From NCBI GenBank assembly GCA_951406725.2, contig OX597816.1, positions 168,082,001 to 168,146,000 on the forward strand: a stretch of 64,000 nt of DNA. Reading direction: 5' to 3'. Below, piece after piece: positions 62,571-64,000 of this stretch. The translations under genes and the position numbers were made by a program. Positions within the stretch are counted from its first letter, which is position 1. Every line of letters begins with the position of its first letter. The stretch comes from Octopus vulgaris. Taxonomy: Eukaryota. The notes beneath the pieces were generated by a model. The model was given only the letters and a program-made list of their open reading frames with translations, was not told the origin of the DNA and did no database searches.

Positions 62571-63820
62571 CAGCGGTTGGATAAAATAATGGAAACATCT
62601 TAAAATTCCAAACAAATTTATTTTAATATGGAGTAGGACTGCCTTTGGCAGTAATTACAGCTTGAATTCTATGAAATATGGACTCGTACAAAGTTTGAAT
62701 TGTTTCCAAAGGAATTTTTTGTCCATTCTTCAGCTAAAACAGTCTCCAGTTCTTGTAGTGATGATGGTGGAGGATATCGACTCCTTACTTGTTTTTCTAA
62801 AATAAACCATAAATGTTCAATAATATTGAGATCTGGAGACTGTAGTGACCAGATAAGATGTTCAACTTCACTAGAATGTTCCTTGTGCCATTCCGTAACA
62901 ACTTTATCTGTGTGAATTGGTGCATTATCATCCTAAAAGATTGTGTTTCTCTCTGAAAACAGTTCCGCAACCTTATAATAAATTTGATCAGATAAAATGC
63001 TTAAATAGTCTTGACTATTACTTCTGCCACAATGGGAAACTACTGGGCCAGTGGATTTCCAAGATATAGCCCCCACCCTCCCAGATCATCACAGATCCTC
63101 CTCCATGTTTGATAGTTGGAAGAAGGCAGTCTGGGTCAAATGCTTCTTTTGCTTGTCTCCACAAATATACTCGGCTGGTGTTGGAAATAGGGTAAAGGGT
63201 GACTTATTTGAGAAACAACATTCTTTCACTGCTCTAGAGACCAATTCTGTAGGTTTTTACTCCACTCTAAACACTTTGCAACGTTTGTTTTTGAAAGTAG
63301 TGGTTTTCTGATTACAACCCTCCCATGAAATCTAGCTCTGTGCAGCTCCCGGCAAACAGGTTTTGTGGAAACTGGGTTTTTGAGGTGGTCATTAAGCTCT
63401 ACAGTAACTTTGGGAGCTGTACTTTTGTGATCCTTTCTAACAATTAATGTAAGAGTCTGACAGTCTCAATCTGAAAGTTATGGTTTTCTTCTGGAATTTT
63501 GTTTTGAAAAACTGTCATTACTTTCAAGACAGTACTTCTTGATATACCAAACATTTCGGCTGATTTTATTATGCTAGCACCTGCCATATGAGCACCAACA
63601 ATTTGAGCTCTTTGAAAGTCCAATAGATCTGTCATTTTAACGAATTTTAATTACCTTTTTCTGACAATATCTGAAAAGAAACAGCAATTTTAGCAAAACA
63701 TATTAAGCAACACTAATAAGTCAAAAAACATAAAAATAAACAAGCTTTTGACGGTTTTATAGATATTCAAAATTATGATGCTATGATGCTACGTGTTTCC
63801 ATTATTTTGTCCAACCCCTG
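62571..63820 (-). mobile_element. Full-length decayed Tc1 transposon
   Basis: TIRs CAGsGGTTGGAyAAAATAATGGAAACA with TA on both sides. MTDLLDFQRAQIVGAHMAGAS starts at 63635; frameshifted. Confidence 0.92.
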
Positions 63821-64000
63821 TATATAGGTTTGGTGATACAAACACCAAAACAGAATTCAGAACATCAGTATATATATTTTATTATTAATCAGGAAAAGTT
63901 ACAGAGTAACTCAAAGGCTGAGAGTTCCATTGCTAATGCATAACATTTTCAGCCCTGCCGATTTTTAATAATAAAATACATATATGCATGCAGTGTGTTA

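Overview
This is AT-rich, repeat-dense eukaryotic intronic DNA. The SINE/RTE/microsatellite content suggests an Octopus genome (inference). One host gene crosses the window on the minus strand: a divergent Slo2/KCNT-type K+ channel. Five short coding exons (43488-43412, 35099-35003, 9460-9392, 5150-5042, 76-2) splice in frame to encode the N-terminus and S1-S3, and the ORF track does not show this reading. The introns hold a TSD-flanked RTE LINE with an intact RT ORF but no endonuclease, many RTE 3'UTR-derived (ATG)n-tailed copies, three tRNA-type SINE families, CR1, Tx1-like and Penelope fragments, decayed mariner/Tc1 elements, piggyBac/hAT/Merlin-type MITEs, Helitrons and long (TACA)n arrays. 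The most notable hidden signals are seven type I hammerhead ribozyme motifs, one with a compensatory G3-C8 core swap and three in the host pre-mRNA sense, and a channel exon bracketed by Helitron termini. There is no CRISPR array and no prokaryotic operon. Most ORF-track entries are microsatellite or SINE artefacts. Repeat boundaries are approximate unless a TSD or TIR is quoted.
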